DNA from: Chrysomallon squamiferum
Lineage: Eukaryota > Animalia > Mollusca
Direction of reading: 5' to 3'
NCBI GenBank assembly: GCA_012295275.1
Contig: CM022668.1
Coordinates: 8,432,001-8,496,000 of the forward strand
Length of the DNA stretch: 64,000 nucleotides
In this document: positions 1 through 22,780 of the stretch, piece after piece
Layout of the letters: each line of letters starts with the position of its first letter
Numbering within the stretch: the first letter of the stretch is position 1
Position numbers and translations under genes: made by a program
Notes under the pieces: model-generated
What the model was told of the DNA's origin: nothing
The model's database searches: none
Seen by the model: the letters and a program-made list of their open reading frames with translations, nothing else

Positions 1-237
1 TGTGTGGCTGTGTATGTATGTATTTGTGTTTGTATATAGGTGTATGTGTAAGTATCCGTATATAAGTTTGGATGTGTACATCTGGGAAAATATTTATTTA
101 GGCATTTATTTAGATACACATACAGTATAAATAATATAAATAAATAAATAACTAAATAAATAAATAACTAAATAAATAAATAAATGGAATCTGATTTAAA
201 GTTTGATTTAAAAGAACATTAAAAAGATAGATATTAC

Positions 238-1850
238 CATTTTCAACATATCCGCAGGAGTAGGAGACACATCATTTCTAATTCTGTTGTGTTCGTTCAG
301 AAGTTCAAGTTTAGTTTCCGGAGTCAGCGGAACAATATTTCCCATGTTTTCGAAACAAGCAACATGGTTTTCAAACATATCATAATTGCACGGATCCTAG
401 ATGAGAATAAAAAAGAAAGAAATAATAACATAAATAAATGTATGAGTTTATTTGCTATAGTTACTTTCTCTCAAACACAAAAATATTTATACAAGTATAT
501 ACAAGTTATAAATAATTAAGGGGTGTGTAATGTGTGAACATAATCATTGTGTGCGTGTGTACACATATACACTCACACACATACAACACATACACATATA
601 CACACACACACATACACACACATACACATACACACACATACACACACACATACACACATACAATGAAACCCTTCAAAACCGGAGAGCAATGAAACCTAGA
701 AAATCGAGAATGGGTGCCATGCGTCCTTGTCTCGACAGCCACATCTTATGTTGCTGACGTCGTGCCAGTGTGTTTTCCAACAGTGTCTGTGTTCTGAGTA
801 CAGTCAGAAGTGCTAGCCATAGACAGTTTATTTGTAAATGCCTTCATACATACATTCATGAGTACGGTGGTACGGATGTCTTTACAGATCTGTAAGAATG
901 TTTCAGAATCTGGTATGTCGTGAACATGAAATGGTTTGATAGCATCGAAAATACAAGTACCGCCTGGTCGCGATTTTTTATTTTTTTTCCGATCTATAAT
1001 TTTGTATCTTAATCTGCATCAAGACGCTTATGTATGGCACAGACAGAAACATAGACAGATATACATCAATAGAGCCTACATACATGTTAACATTTTTGTC
1101 ACGATTACTTCACTTTCGTATTTAACATTATCTCTATTTTTTTCCTCTGAAATTTAAATATTAGTTCTGGAAAAAAAAATTAATATATATATATATATAT
1201 ATATAAATCAAAAACAAACAAATTGAAAAATAAAATTGAATAGAAAGAAATCAAATAAATAAATAAATGAATATATGTTAGTAACCAAAGAGAATGCGCA
1301 ACCAAACAAGCAAGCAAAGAGAAGAAAAATAAATACATTTGTAGCTGAATAGAAGTTTCTAATTATTTAATTACGAAGGAACTTTGATAACTGTATAGTT
1401 TCTTATGTAAGAACTTACGAGCAGCCTTTTTTCAACAGATAGTTTCGACTCATTCCAGTCTGAAAATATAGTAATAATAATAAATAAAGCTAAACAACAC
1501 AAAATATAGTAATAATAATAAAGAAAACAAAACGACACAAAATATAGTAAAAATAAACAACAAAACAACAAAAAATATAGAATAATAATAAAACAAAACA
1601 ACACAAAATATAGTAATAATAATAAAGAAAACAAAACGACACAAAATATAGTAAAAATAAACAACAAAACAACAAAAAATATAGAATAATAATAAAACAA
1701 AACAACACAAAATATAATAATAATAATTAAAACAAAACAAACAAAATAAAATAATGAAAAATAAGTTATTTTCACATTACTTGTGTGTATCGAAAAATAA
1801 TAAAAAAAAGAAGAAATAAGTAAATGAATGAATGAATGAATGAATGAATA

Positions 1851-1884
<34 letters not shown>

Positions 1885-4800
1885 TTAAGAAGAAGAAGAA
1901 GAAGAAGAAGAATGAAAATAAATAAATAAACAGTAAATAAATACGCCTGACGTCACATGACAGAAGCTGAGGTAGATTCCATCGAAAACTTGCAAACGAC
2001 GTGTTTAAAGCGATCTACCACAGCCTCGCAGTCAAGTTTATATGTGAAAGAATTAAAATTCTAAAAAAATGGACCAGCAAGGCAATTACGTTAGCCATTG
2101 AGAAAAGATGCGTGTTGAATTCTAGAACCTGACAGTGCAGTCTTGAAATAGCATCACTTACGTTATTCTCAGCAAGGAATTACTTATGCTGTGAGATTTT
2201 CGTGAATCTGCGAAAATAGAGCCATTGACAGAGAACATCTTTAAAATCTAGAGGAATGACCTGCACTTAACTCAACTTTTGAAAATCTGCACACGGTCTG
2301 GTCACTTCGACGTCTACTGACCCACTCATACACCACAGACTTGACATTTCAGTCTCGCGTGTGCATACTTTGACTTAATTTATCGGCGAACTAGGTGTGA
2401 TACGTAAAGTGTATTTCTACGAATTGTGAAGCCAGACTTAGCCAAATTATTCAAATCGTGATAAATTCATGTTTACGCTTATACTAAAAGAAATCTAGAT
2501 AACGAAATACATTTAGAAAGGATAAATAACAAAATGTGAAACATAGTTTATTTTATTTGATTTTTGTTTATTTCTTTTCTTTAACAAGTTGAATTTTTCT
2601 TCAGCAACAGGGTACAATGTCAGGGCAAGAAAAGGCTAAATAATAATACAGACGACATTCAGCTTTTTAACAGCTAAATAAAATAAAAAATGATAAAGAA
2701 AGATCTTACTATCAAGCTGTAAATATTCCTTCAAATTTTGATTTATAATTATAAGTTGAAACTGTCGACTGAATGTAATTGCAAGAATACTGTAAATGTA
2801 TTAGCAAGCAAACTAGAGCTGACCTAAAATGTTTTAGTTGCTTTTTCATTTGCCTTCTTTGCAGATGTCTTTCACGTCCAGCATGCATAATTTCCCCTAT
2901 AAACGGAGCTTGCTTGAATCTACATTCGATGATGCTACGAAGTCAATGGACTTGGGATATTCGAGTAAGTATTCAGGTTCAACAAGACAGGTTCAAAAAG
3001 AAAGGACGGGTGTCATCAGTATGATAACACACAAGCACTCGAAGCATGATAATCTCCTGACTGTAAGTTTGACTTCAGAACGTAGAAAAATGGTGGTGAA
3101 ATGGCGAACTCCTGCAAAAGCGAGAAGAAACGACTTTTCCACCTGTTGTGGAAATCCGACCTTTTCAAAACATATTTCCACCCCTCTAACAAAAACGCTT
3201 CCTCTTTTTTTTTCATTTTCATTTTTTTTTAATTTTTAAAACTTTAGGACCTGAAAGAAAATTGAAGTATTTAGAAAGATACTGTGAACAGCGGAAGGAC
3301 TGGTTATTAGGACTGATGCTTGGTTTTGTATGTTGTATACATTGCTGCAAAGAAATCAATTACGGAAGTCGACAATATCATGTGTTTCGCCTCAAATACT
3401 ATGTCTGCGGTTGAATTACTGAAGATCAAGCGCAGTTAATTCTGACATTTATGAAATTTCTTTTGTTAAAATCGGTTATCATTATCAGTAAATGAATGTC
3501 AAATTCTAAATATGTTTTACGATATGCACAAATGAATAATTTAGCCCATGAAATTAAGGATGAGAGTGAAAAATAACTAGCAAAATTATTTATTTATTAT
3601 TAATGTCGTTGTCGTTGTTGTTGTTCGTTACATTTATACATATACAGTATATAATCTTTAGATAAGTGGTTTTCGATTCCATTGTTAAAATTATTTATTA
3701 CAGTTGAACAATCAGCTCGGCATCAGTATAACAGAAGTTCCCACATATTTGTTACATCCTACAGCACCATTTGCTCAAGCTGAAACAGTGGCCTTCATAT
3801 TTACACAGAAAATTTGCATCTTTTATACGTCACTTTGAGTTAGATTCAGCGATCAACGTTGACGCTCTGTGATGCGTTAGATCAATCGTCTCAATCCAAT
3901 AGCATCCACTAAACAATAAATAAACGGCCCAGAATTGATAGGAATGTAAAGACCATATCACTTATCGGACATGTATACAGATTTATGACATCATGCACTT
4001 AAAACAGTGTAACAACCATTTGAATACCGTGAAGAAGGATTCATGTGTGACATGAACTGTAATTATAGGTGTAATCATTTGATGACGTAGAGGTTCTGGA
4101 ACAGTGTGTGTCATTCTTAGTGTTAAAACAGAATTAAGCAGTGCATATAGATTGTTAATGAAGTGTTTGTATGGTTGCAAATACAGTGTGAGTCAGGAAA
4201 ATAAGATGTCAGTTACCAAGTTGCTGGAAACTGTCTAAAACAAAGAACGACTGCTGAGGAAAAGGTGAGAAAGCAGCCTGTAATGGATAAAGGTTTTTTC
4301 CAAAGAGCTAAGACGTGTCTGCACTAACAGTGCAGATACATAAGGAGTAGTTTTTCTTTTTATGCTGCATGTTATTAAATGCCTAACAATTTATTATAGT
4401 CAGATATTTGGTAATATTGTGTATATAGCTGTAAATAGAATTCTTTTATCTAAGTCATTTAAAACATTTACATGAAAATTGTATATGATAATATTGACAT
4501 TTGTGAAATAAAGTAGTGTTAGTTAGGACCTCCTTGTTTTCTTTTTTTCTTTTTTTTTCTTTTTGCTTTCAGTTTTATGCTGCAGTACCAAGGCATCAGA
4601 ATAAATCACGTTTCAGACAAAGGCATGTGGACAAACTTCGTGTCGAACTGATTCTTATCCAACTTCATTAAGTCAGATGTATTGAAACGGCCGACTGTAA
4701 GAACCCATGTGTCTGAATCATCCAGCCACTTGCCATTGAATTATATTTGTATTGGCCGTCAAACAACTTACAAGGGACATATCAGATGAACAGACAAGTC

Positions 4801-5800
4801 AAAGTTACGTGTTTTCCGAATGCGCTGCTCCTGCCAGGTGTTTCGAACATCACCCTACCATTTCAGAGAAAGGCCAGACGTTACTGGTGAGCTCATCATC
4901 GACGATGGCAACGTTTTCAGTGGAGTCGAGGTCTGTTCACAGATGGACCCAGGTTTAGTGTTCACTTCAGCAATGGTCGAATTCTTCTTTACAGACGTCC
5001 AGAGAGCCGTGTATTTCGATGGGTGCAGCATCGTGCTGTGAGACGGCTTGTCACTCCTCTGTATGCAGTGAATAGCAGTCTGACGGCAATGCATTAAGTG
5101 AACGAGATTATCCGTACACTGAGGTGGAAAAGTTGATCACAACAACAATCCCAGATTCCACCGCGACAGTGTCGTAGCGGAGTTTTAGGAGCTATAAGAT
5201 GTCGCCGTCACGTGACTCGCCTCAGCGGACGTCTGGGATGATTTTATGACTGGTGATCACCATGCGACTTCCGCCCAAGTGAGTGAACGTCTGTGCCTAG
5301 AGAAAGAATATTTCTCAAGACTTGTTCAGATGTTGACTAACAGAGTGAGACAAAAATGTATCAAATAACTTCGGGTTCATACGCTTTTACTGAAATCTGC
5401 TCATGTGTAAGCTCAATATTTGACCGCTGCATTTTTGCTACATAATGACGAACATGAACACTTTTACATTTGTTGATGGTTTTCTGTGAACTTGGAATTT
5501 TAATAATAAATTTAAAAATGTAGTTAACATCATCAAGCCAATTCACACGGAAATGTTTTGGCTACTATGTTTTGACCCTTCTGATTAGTATATTTTCGAA
5601 AGGTGTCTGTTGCTCGGAAATATGGAACGTTTTTTCTTAGACCTTTTATACTGCTTTCAGGAAGTAAAGCCAGCTATATCGGATATTTAAATGAAGTTTA
5701 AAGACATAGCTGTATTTGCTCCAATCTGTAGGAAGAAAACTCACAGAATCAACTATGCAAGCGAAAACACTAGCGTTAGCGCTTCATTATTACGGAAATC

Positions 5801-5889
<89 letters not shown>

Positions 5890-5897
5890 TAGAGAGC

Positions 5898-5991
<94 letters not shown>

Positions 5992-6350
5992 AGAATGAGC
6001 GTTTTAAATATAATTCGATAATAATGTGAAGAGGACATAACAGATCCATAGGAAAGGATATTGACGTGTTCTTAGGCTTCATTCTAATCTGCCTTATGAA
6101 TAATATGACCTTGGTGTAAATGCATATCTGTTGACATTTCTCTTATTCTTATGTATAACGGAAATATCCTAAGTTTGACGAAGAACGTGGTAATGTGATG
6201 TGAAGATAATATTGCTTTCCTTAAGCTGAAATCTCCTTCATTTATTAAACAACAGCAACAATAAAAATAAGTTTGCTTACCTGGAGGAACGCCTGAGACG
6301 AGAATAACACAACTTGCTACAAGAAAAGAACAAAGGGACTTTATAGCCAT
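238..6350 (-). CDS. CAP/SCP (CRISP-like) secreted protein, gene A; 5' part only, continues off the left edge
   Basis: Phase-consistent GT-AG exons: 6350-6281 (signal peptide [23 protein letters not shown]), 1459-1419 ([14 protein letters not shown]) and 396-238 ([19 protein letters not shown]...[22 protein letters not shown], the CAP N-terminal HNxxR...A.DMxKM motif). TATATAAA at 6393-6386. Paralogous to genes B, C and D. Confidence 0.88.
1465..1745. repeat. A-rich higher-order tandem repeat (~104-bp period built from ~32-38-bp AAAATATAG-containing subunits) next to the gene A exon-2 acceptor
   Basis: Recurrent aaaatatagtaataataataaagaaaacaaaacgacac / aaaatatagtaaaaataaacaac units. Source of the spurious hydrophobic ORFs at 1371-1775. 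Confidence 0.8.
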
Positions 6351-6385
6351 TTTTACACGTTTGATTTTGACAGCTCAACACTGCG

Positions 6386-6520
6386 TTTATATAGCACTTT
6401 GAAGACATACGTGGACAAAACCAATTTCATCCCTAATTTGTGGAACATCTGTGATTTGTAATTGAAATTGTTGTTGATAGATATCTGCTAACTGACTGTT
6501 AGTGTGAAACGAGGCGGGGA
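6386..6520 (-). promoter_or_regulatory. Gene A core promoter
   Basis: On the minus strand: TATATAAA 6393-6386, CCACGTA 6414-6408, ACAGATGTT 6452-6444 and a GC box near 6511-6520. Colinear and highly similar to the gene D promoter. Confidence 0.7.
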
Positions 6521-7515
6521 TGCGGCCATGCTCTTTGTGAATGGCACAACACGCGCACACTCGAAACACGCCTCTATATCATTCAGCATACACACTCACA
6601 CACTCATACACACATTCATACACATACATACATACACAACCTGTAGGCATACAGACAGACACACACACATAAACACGCATAGAGTATTTCTTTCATCATG
6701 ATAGTGTCAAACCACGCCTGACTGGGTCCCAGAGAGTTTCGTCCAGCACAGAATGTTCAAGTATAATACGTTATCGTATTTAGTCCAGTGTAAGTGCGTG
6801 TGAGAACAAATATTCAAACTGATCATGGTATTTCAGCTTTCAAATCACTTCAGGATCTCCGAATCTCAGCACAAATATTCAAATCATCATGGCATTTCCT
6901 CATCCAAATAACTCCAATGTGCGTATCCTTGAACATTTTGATATGTCATCATGCAAATTACTTTCATGTTTGTTCCACTATTATATTTCATCATTAGAAC
7001 TTTAAAGTGTTTGTGTTTGTATTTTGTTATTTGATCATACAAATTACTTCCTTGACTTTGTCTGTGTATAAGCAGGTATGGCCATAAATTATTACATTTT
7101 GCTATTTCATCACTGAAATCACATCTATGTCTTTGTGTGTTCAATTTACTCGATACTATTTTATGAACCAAATCACTTGAATGTCTGTAATATTGAATAA
7201 ATTGAAAAAAATTAAATTTGAAATGAGAATTTCTGAATTAATTCTCTTTGTAGTCCTGAAAAATGGAAAACGTACAAACTCACACGTAAATGCGTTATGG
7301 ATATGTGTGTGTTTGTGCATGTACGTGAGTGTGTGTATATGTCTGTATTTGTGTACGTGTGTATGTCTTATGTATGTGTGTTTTTTTGTGAATGTATGTG
7401 GGTGTATATCTGTGTGTGTAGTGTATGTGTAAGCGTATGTCTCTCTGTGTGTCTAGGTGTGTATATTTACAACTAACTGTTACCATGAACTCGTGTAAAT
7501 GTTTAATTAAAGGTA

Positions 7516-7768
7516 AGATCAGGTGAAATTAATTAAACACCAGCGTCCACATAAAATTATGTTCCTATCTTAAACAAAATCTTCATATTCAGAACCCCCG
7601 CTATAACGATGTTTAGAAACATCCCTGTTGTATCATGGTCAAATACAATTAACAAGCAGAGTTAATTAGTGTCCCATTGTTTTAAATGTTCGCCAATCCG
7701 GAGAGCTTTACTATAGTATAATTAAACAGGTGAATTAATTAAAACATTCACAGGAATCACTAACCACC
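7516..7768 (+). repeat. Dispersed repeat, copy 1 (inverted homologous copy at ~27248-27516); probable non-autonomous TE
   Basis: agatcaggtgaaatta...ttcagaacccc...aattagtgtcccattgttttaaatgtt...aattaaacaggt...acaggaatcact matches the reverse complement of 27248-27516. Confidence 0.7.
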
Positions 7769-7902
7769 AGGAACTACTGGCGAATCTACAGAGCGCTCTT
7801 ACAATCTAAAATGGATCTCTTTCTCCATCGGAATCTGTGTACGTCCCCTATTTTAACATTATAGGTAGAATGATGATGTACTCAGGAATTATTAGTTTTA
7901 GG

Positions 7903-7935
<33 letters not shown>

Positions 7936-9032
7936 TTTGTTTGTTTGTTTGTTTGTTTGTTTGTTTGGTTATTTATTTGCCTTTTGTTTGTTTCTTTTGC
8001 TGTTTTGTTGTTCATGTGAATATGTAAATTTCTTCATATAGAAAGACAGTTAGACCGATAGATGATAGATAGATAGACAGACAGACAGATATATACATAC
8101 ATAAATACATATATGCATGTGTGGGTGTGTGAGTGTTTTGTGGGTGTGTGTATGTGTGTGTGTGTGTGTGTATATGTGTTTTTATGTCTGTCTGTATGTA
8201 TGTGTGTGTGTTTGTGTGTGTGTATTTGTGTGTGTGTATATGTGTGTGTGAGTGAGTGTGCGTGTGTGTACGAACTGTTGTAACAGCAGGATTAAAACAC
8301 TAAGGACATGAAAAGCTTTCCACGTTAGCTAACATATAGACAGCTATGAATGAGTTAACAAACAAATAGGTAGTATCATGCTCAGTTTAGTCTGAATTCG
8401 GAAGCTATTTATCATTCGTTACAACATTTTTAAAATATGGAATAAATATTCACCCCCTATCCCATCAGACCGCGCACGTCAGCCGAAACTGGATGAATGT
8501 GAGCTTTTCCTTATTTCCAGTTCTAACCTTTATTAGATTTATTTACAGTGATATTAGTTTTTCTTTGAATAATTTTAGATGATTTTACTTGTTTACTCAG
8601 ATTTGTCTGTAAGGACATGAAATTTATGTACAAGGTATTTAAGTTTTATTTACAAGGATAGTAGACGTATGTACAGGTATTTACAAAGACATAACAGTTA
8701 TTCACAGATTTTCACAAATATGTTAGAATTATTTACACATATTTACAAGGATATTACATGGAAACCACAATTATGTACATCGATACTGAGTTCATTTACA
8801 AGAATATATTATTATTTACAGGTATCCACAAATATATTTCCAATGGTGTTAGATATTTTTACAAGGATATCAGAATTATTTATATGAATTAACAAGGATA
8901 TTATATTTATTTACAAGGGTATTAGAATAATTAAAGTAATTTGCAAATATATAAGATTTACTTTCAAGAACAGTTAGATTTCTTTACACGGAAGCTCAAC
9001 TCATTCAGATCCCCATAAGAACATATCTTGAG

Positions 9033-9709
9033 CTGCATAGAATTAATGTACATCCCATTGTTTTAAACGCTACATTTAAATGCTGTAGGTCTTAATACGA
9101 TGTCACAGCAGTTTGCAATAAAAAATCAGTCACAAGACGATTCTGTTAATTTTATCTTTGATACAGCCGTGCTGTTGTCGTGCAGTTTATATTCATTTAT
9201 GAATGTTGTTAATGGTGTTGTCCATGTCATCGTTTTCAGCGAAGGTCTCTCTGTCAGACACACACACACACACACAAACACACACAGACACACAAACACA
9301 CACACACACAAACACACACACACAGACACACAAACACACACACAAACACACACAGACACACAAAAACACACACACATACACAAATACACATATACACATA
9401 TACGTATATATATATATATATATATATAATTATATGCGTGTGTGTGTGAATATGATGTAAAAAACATTAACAACATCCAAAAATTAATATAAATTGCATA
9501 TACCTACATACGTTCACACATTAACATATAGAAACACTAACATCTATACATACACACAAACATTTACAACGAAAAACACTCATATACGTACACAACAATA
9601 TAAGTTTACATATATGATTATTTTGAATAATATGTGCATGCATGCATCTGTGTGTATTGTGAGAATGTTTTTATCTGCGTCTGTGTCTGTTTGTGTATAT
9701 ATGTATACA

Positions 9710-9752
<43 letters not shown>

Positions 9753-9968
9753 TCTACGAATACGATGACACGGACAACAACATTAACAACATTCATAAAT
9801 GAATATAAACTGTACGACAACAGCACGGCTGTATCAAAGATAAAATTAATAGAATCGTCTTCTGACTGATTTTAAATTGCAGATTGCTGCGAGATCGTAT
9901 TAACATCTACATCATTTAAGTATAGCATTTAAATTATAACAGTGGGATGCATATTAATTCTATGCAGT
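9033..9968. repeat. ~200-bp inverted repeat pair (9033-9235 and ~9763-9968) around a (CA)n/(AAT)n spacer; MITE/foldback-like; third copy at 26588-26790
   Basis: ttttatctttgatacagccgtgctgttgtcg...catttatgaatgttgttaatg is the reverse complement of cattaacaacattcataaatg...cgacaacagcacggctgtatcaaagataaaa. Confidence 0.8.
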
Positions 9969-10173
9969 TAAAATAGTCACTTGTAGCTATATCTATATAT
10001 GTACATTGCAAACAACGTACATTGTAATTAATTCATTTTACCCGCTGATAAACCATTTTAATGCTGTTGAAAGAAAAGATAGAAAGCTTCACCTTAGGAA
10101 TGAAAAACGTATTTGAGACACGTGCTAATATCTCAGTCACGTTAAATCAAAATATCTAAGACTACTGGAAATA

Positions 10174-11657
10174 TATTCTAACAAAAAAGAAACGCAAAAG
10201 TAGATTTTACTGACATTGGGAATATCTATCTAATGGATCAACAGAAAGCAGCAGAATGTTCACATTTTACACACACTTTCGCAGTTCATTAATATTGGTA
10301 TTACACTGAAAAGGTTAAAGTTCAAGGTTATAACAGTATAATATCAATACCTTGTGTGCCCACCATGGGAGTCCAGAACTGCCTGACATCTCCTTCCCAT
10401 GGCAGTAATGATATTACGAGTTACACCTTGTGGAATGGTGGCCCACTCTGTGTGTAGTAATAATGCCAACTGAGCACGATTCTGAGGCTGTGATTGATGC
10501 TGCCTCAGTCGTCTATCCAACTCGTCCCATAAATGCTCTATAGGGTTCAAATCCGGAGATTTAGAGTGCCAGGGCAGGACCTGAATGTTATTGTTGTGTA
10601 GGTACGCTATTGTGAGTCTGACTGTATGTGGTCTCGCATTGTCATGCTGGAACACATCATTACCATTATTCATAATTGGAGCAACATGTGGCTGCAAAAT
10701 TTCATCTCGGTATCTCTCTGCCGTTAAGTTGCCTTGGATGTGAACCAGGTTGGTGCTGCCAGTGTATGAGATTGCTGCCCACACCATCACACTACCACCG
10801 CCAAATCTGTCCGCTTCCTGTATGCAGTTCGCAGCAAAACGTTCACCACGACGTCTGTCAACTCGACATCTTCCATCAGCTCGACGAAGCTGAAATCGAG
10901 CCTCGTCACTAAACCAGACAGTTCTCCATCGTAATCGAGGCCAGACACGGTGCACTTGACACCACTGACGTCGTAGTCGACCACGTTGTTGAGTTAAAAC
11001 TACTCTTCTTACAGGCCGTCTGGCTCGAATACCTGCCTCGCGTAAACGATTGTGTACTGTCTGAGCCGATATTCTACACAGACCTGGTATTGCTGAAGCA
11101 GTAGAGGTTGCCGTGGTGGTTCTTTCCCGTAGATGAGGTACCCGTATGTAGCAGTCCTGGGCCCTGGTGGTTACACGTGGTCTACCTGATCTGGGACGGT
11201 CACGTGTTGTTTGGTGTTGCTGGCACCGATACCACAATCTCAAGATGGTGCCTGGGGATACATGGAACACCCGGGCTACGGCCGAGAAGGATTCGCCAGG
11301 TTGTAAACAGCCGATGGCGTTGTTTTGTTGCGGTTCACTCAGTCGTGGCATTTGTTTGAGGTTCGGTCAGAACAAATATAAAGAACAGAAGTATTCGAAA
11401 ACCTTGCAATTTTATAACCCTCATATTAAAGTTTCATCGACATGCACTGGTAACGTGGTTTGCATGCGGGGACGTTTTGGCTAATAAACACGATCATAGC
11501 CTTTATTTTGTCTTACCTGCTTTTTGGTGACTGTAACAAAAGCTATACGTTTGAATCACCAAATGTCATTATATTCGTAGTTTGTACATTGATATGTGTC
11601 AGTTTACAATAGTTATAAAAGAAATCAACCATTTTGCGTTTCTTTTTTGGGAGAGTA
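10174..11657 (-). mobile_element. Full-length Tc1-family (Tc1/mariner) DNA transposon
   Basis: 26-bp imperfect TIRs: TATTCTAACAAAAAAGAAACGCAAAA at 10174 versus the reverse complement of the right end, TACTCTCCCAAAAAAGAAACGCAAAA, ending at 11657 (3 mismatches). Flanking TA at 10172-10173 and 11658-11659. Encloses a transposase ORF. Confidence 0.93.
10344..11351 (-). CDS. Tc1-like DD34E transposase (335 aa, uninterrupted ORF)
   Basis: HTH region with RSGRPR; WFSDEARF, FQHDNARPH and SPDLNPIEHLW with 34 residues between the second D and the E; C-terminal GGHTRY. Confidence 0.95.
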   Translation of the reverse strand: MPRLSEPQQNNAIGCLQPGESFSAVARVFHVSPGTILRLWYRCQQHQTTRDRPRSGRPRVTTRAQDCYIRVPHLRERTTTATSTASAIPGLCRISAQTVHNRLREAGIRARRPVRRVVLTQQRGRLRRQWCQVHRVWPRLRWRTVWFSDEARFQLRRADGRCRVDRRRGERFAANCIQEADRFGGGSVMVWAAISYTGSTNLVHIQGNLTAERYRDEILQPHVAPIMNNGNDVFQHDNARPHTVRLTIAYLHNNNIQVLPWHSKSPDLNPIEHLWDELDRRLRQHQSQPQNRAQLALLLHTEWATIPQGVTRNIITAMGRRCQAVLDSHGGHTRY

Positions 11658-11803
11658 TATACACGTGGTCAGATTACAAAACAAATCTATGACTGTATAG
11701 CAACAGAACTGGGATCCTAGGCGGAGGCCCCATATATTTATACTATTCCAACAAGTTACAACAAAAACAAATAATCTGTCCTGTGTTGTTGTTTTTTCCT
11801 CTG

Positions 11804-11828
11804 TCTCTCTCTCTCTCTCTCTCCTCTC

Positions 11829-11901
<73 letters not shown>

Positions 11902-11902
11902 A

Positions 11903-11957
<55 letters not shown>

Positions 11958-11988
11958 TTCTCTCTCTCGCTTTCTCTATCTCTCTTTT

Positions 11989-12021
<33 letters not shown>

Positions 12022-12047
12022 TTCTCTCTCTCGCTCTCTCTATCTCT

Positions 12048-12093
<46 letters not shown>
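11804..12093. repeat. (CT)n microsatellite, representative of many (AG)n/(CT)n tracts, e.g. 5807-5989, 15765-15972, 26197-26380, 34607-34800, 52568-52919
   Basis: Directly visible dinucleotide runs. Confidence 0.95.
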
Positions 12094-12096
<3 letters not shown>

Positions 12097-12732
12097 GTAA
12101 AGTGGATGAAAGTGTTTGATCATTAAATTGATTTTAATATATTTCTTTATTTGTTCATTGACTTATTTGTTTACTAACTTACTTAATATTTATTTATTTA
12201 TTCATTCATTTATATTGGCAAGAGGAATCTTGTTTCTTTTGAAGCTGCAGGATCAATCTATGTTCATCTGCTATTTGTTATATATCCCGTTCTAGATAGG
12301 CCTGCCATAATGAAATAATATATATAAATCATTATCTTAAATGTAACACATCATGATTAGGATCTATATTCTCAAAAACCATTGTCATATATGAATATAT
12401 TTGAAATCTTTATCGATAGTATCGATATTAAAATATTCATCATTGATATTTTGAAAAAAGTCAGACAGTCAGATAGGCAGTCTGAGAAAGCACCTGCTTG
12501 CACGCGGACAGGTACAGTATTTACACGTACGCATGCACACATGCAGGTGAAAATATTTTACCTTTGGACAAAACATTTTAATACAGCTATTAGAACTGCT
12601 GCCATTATTATTACTAATACCACTACTACGTCAACTATTACTAGCTTTCCACAAACAATTTAATACAGCTACTACTATTGCAGCAGTTACTACTACTACC
12701 ACTACCATTAATACAACACTCACTCCTACATT

Positions 12733-12796
<64 letters not shown>

Positions 12797-13125
12797 TGAT
12801 GGCAACAAGCAGATAATGAATAATTACTGTGATTATTATCGTTATCATTATCATCATTATTATTTAAAAAATTAAATGAATGAATGAACAAATAAATAAA
12901 TGTGTGCGTGGTAACGAGTTTGTGTGAACCTACTATATATTTGCTTTCGTTTTAAATGTGTGTGTGCTGATATTCTAAGAAATAATATTGGAAATAACAC
13001 AGACTGCAGTCTGTGGACTGTTTTCCGGTTTCAGCCTGTTACAAAGCTAAATAAGGCAGGATATAACGTAACATACTGATGTTGTTACTTCTTTCTAACG
13101 TTTCAGAATGTGTCTTAACGTGTCT

Positions 13126-13350
13126 TAAAGCCTCGTTTTAATCCTACTGAAAGCCATGTGACTGATACGATACTTTTAACGTTACGTAATACCATCTTAT
13201 TGTGACGTAAAGCCTCTTTTTAATACTAATCAGTACCACGAGACATGATACGATGTTTTAACGTTACGTAATACCATCTTATTGTGACGTAAAGCCTCGT
13301 TTTAATACTAATCAGTACCACGAGACATGATACGATGTTTTAACGTTACC
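13126..13350. repeat. 82-bp tandem repeat, ~2.7 copies, downstream of gene B
   Basis: Unit taaagcctcgttttaatactaatcagtaccacgagacatgatacgatgttttaacgttacgtaataccatcttattgtgacg starts at ~13126, 13208 and 13290. Confidence 0.85.
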
Positions 13351-13912
13351 TACTTCATCATCTTGAATAAAACTGATTATGTTACTGATATTATCTTTTA
13401 ATACCAGGCTATATTTCTGTCGTATTGCTAATGTAGCTCCGACAGTGACATCAACCAACCGACAACTATGCCACAACGTCACTGTCGATGTTACGCTTTT
13501 ATTACTTTGTTCACCATTTTATTCTTAGTTATAATGACCCAACTGCGTCCACTACTTTAACATAACAACTACAATAACAACCACTCACATGTATAGAGCA
13601 ACATTGTGTAAACGATATCACATTTCCCACTCAAATTAATAATTAAACAATCACATCGATGTCGAAACAAAAATTACTTGGTGTCTTATTATCCACGTTA
13701 TCAATTAATAAAAACAGAATGATTAAAGTTGAACACTTTATTTTCCATTTCAAAAGTTAAACAGAAGGAAATAGCAACATACCATATTTCCTATATCTTT
13801 ATTAATTTTGATATTTAAGATATTGCATAATTATTATTAGTTTAAAATAACTTTTTTTTTGTATTCTGCTCTTCATTTTCAGCCGACTGTCCTGACTCGT
13901 CATAACGTCCTG

Positions 13913-22681
<8,769 letters not shown>

Positions 22682-22718
22682 CTTGGCAGAAATTAAACTT
22701 TGACAGGAGACGTGTGGA

Positions 22719-22780
22719 TTTATATAGCGAGTTTAAATTGAATGGTACGTGGACAAAATGTCTTGACTGCAAACATCTGT
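22719..22780 (-). promoter_or_regulatory. Gene B core promoter
   Basis: TATATAAA 22726-22719, CCACGTA 22752-22746, ACAGATGTT 22780-22772. Confidence 0.7.

Noticed and set aside
5691-6082. ER/SL-repeat ORFs here and elsewhere in the ORF track
   Set aside because: (AG)n/(CT)n microsatellite translations.
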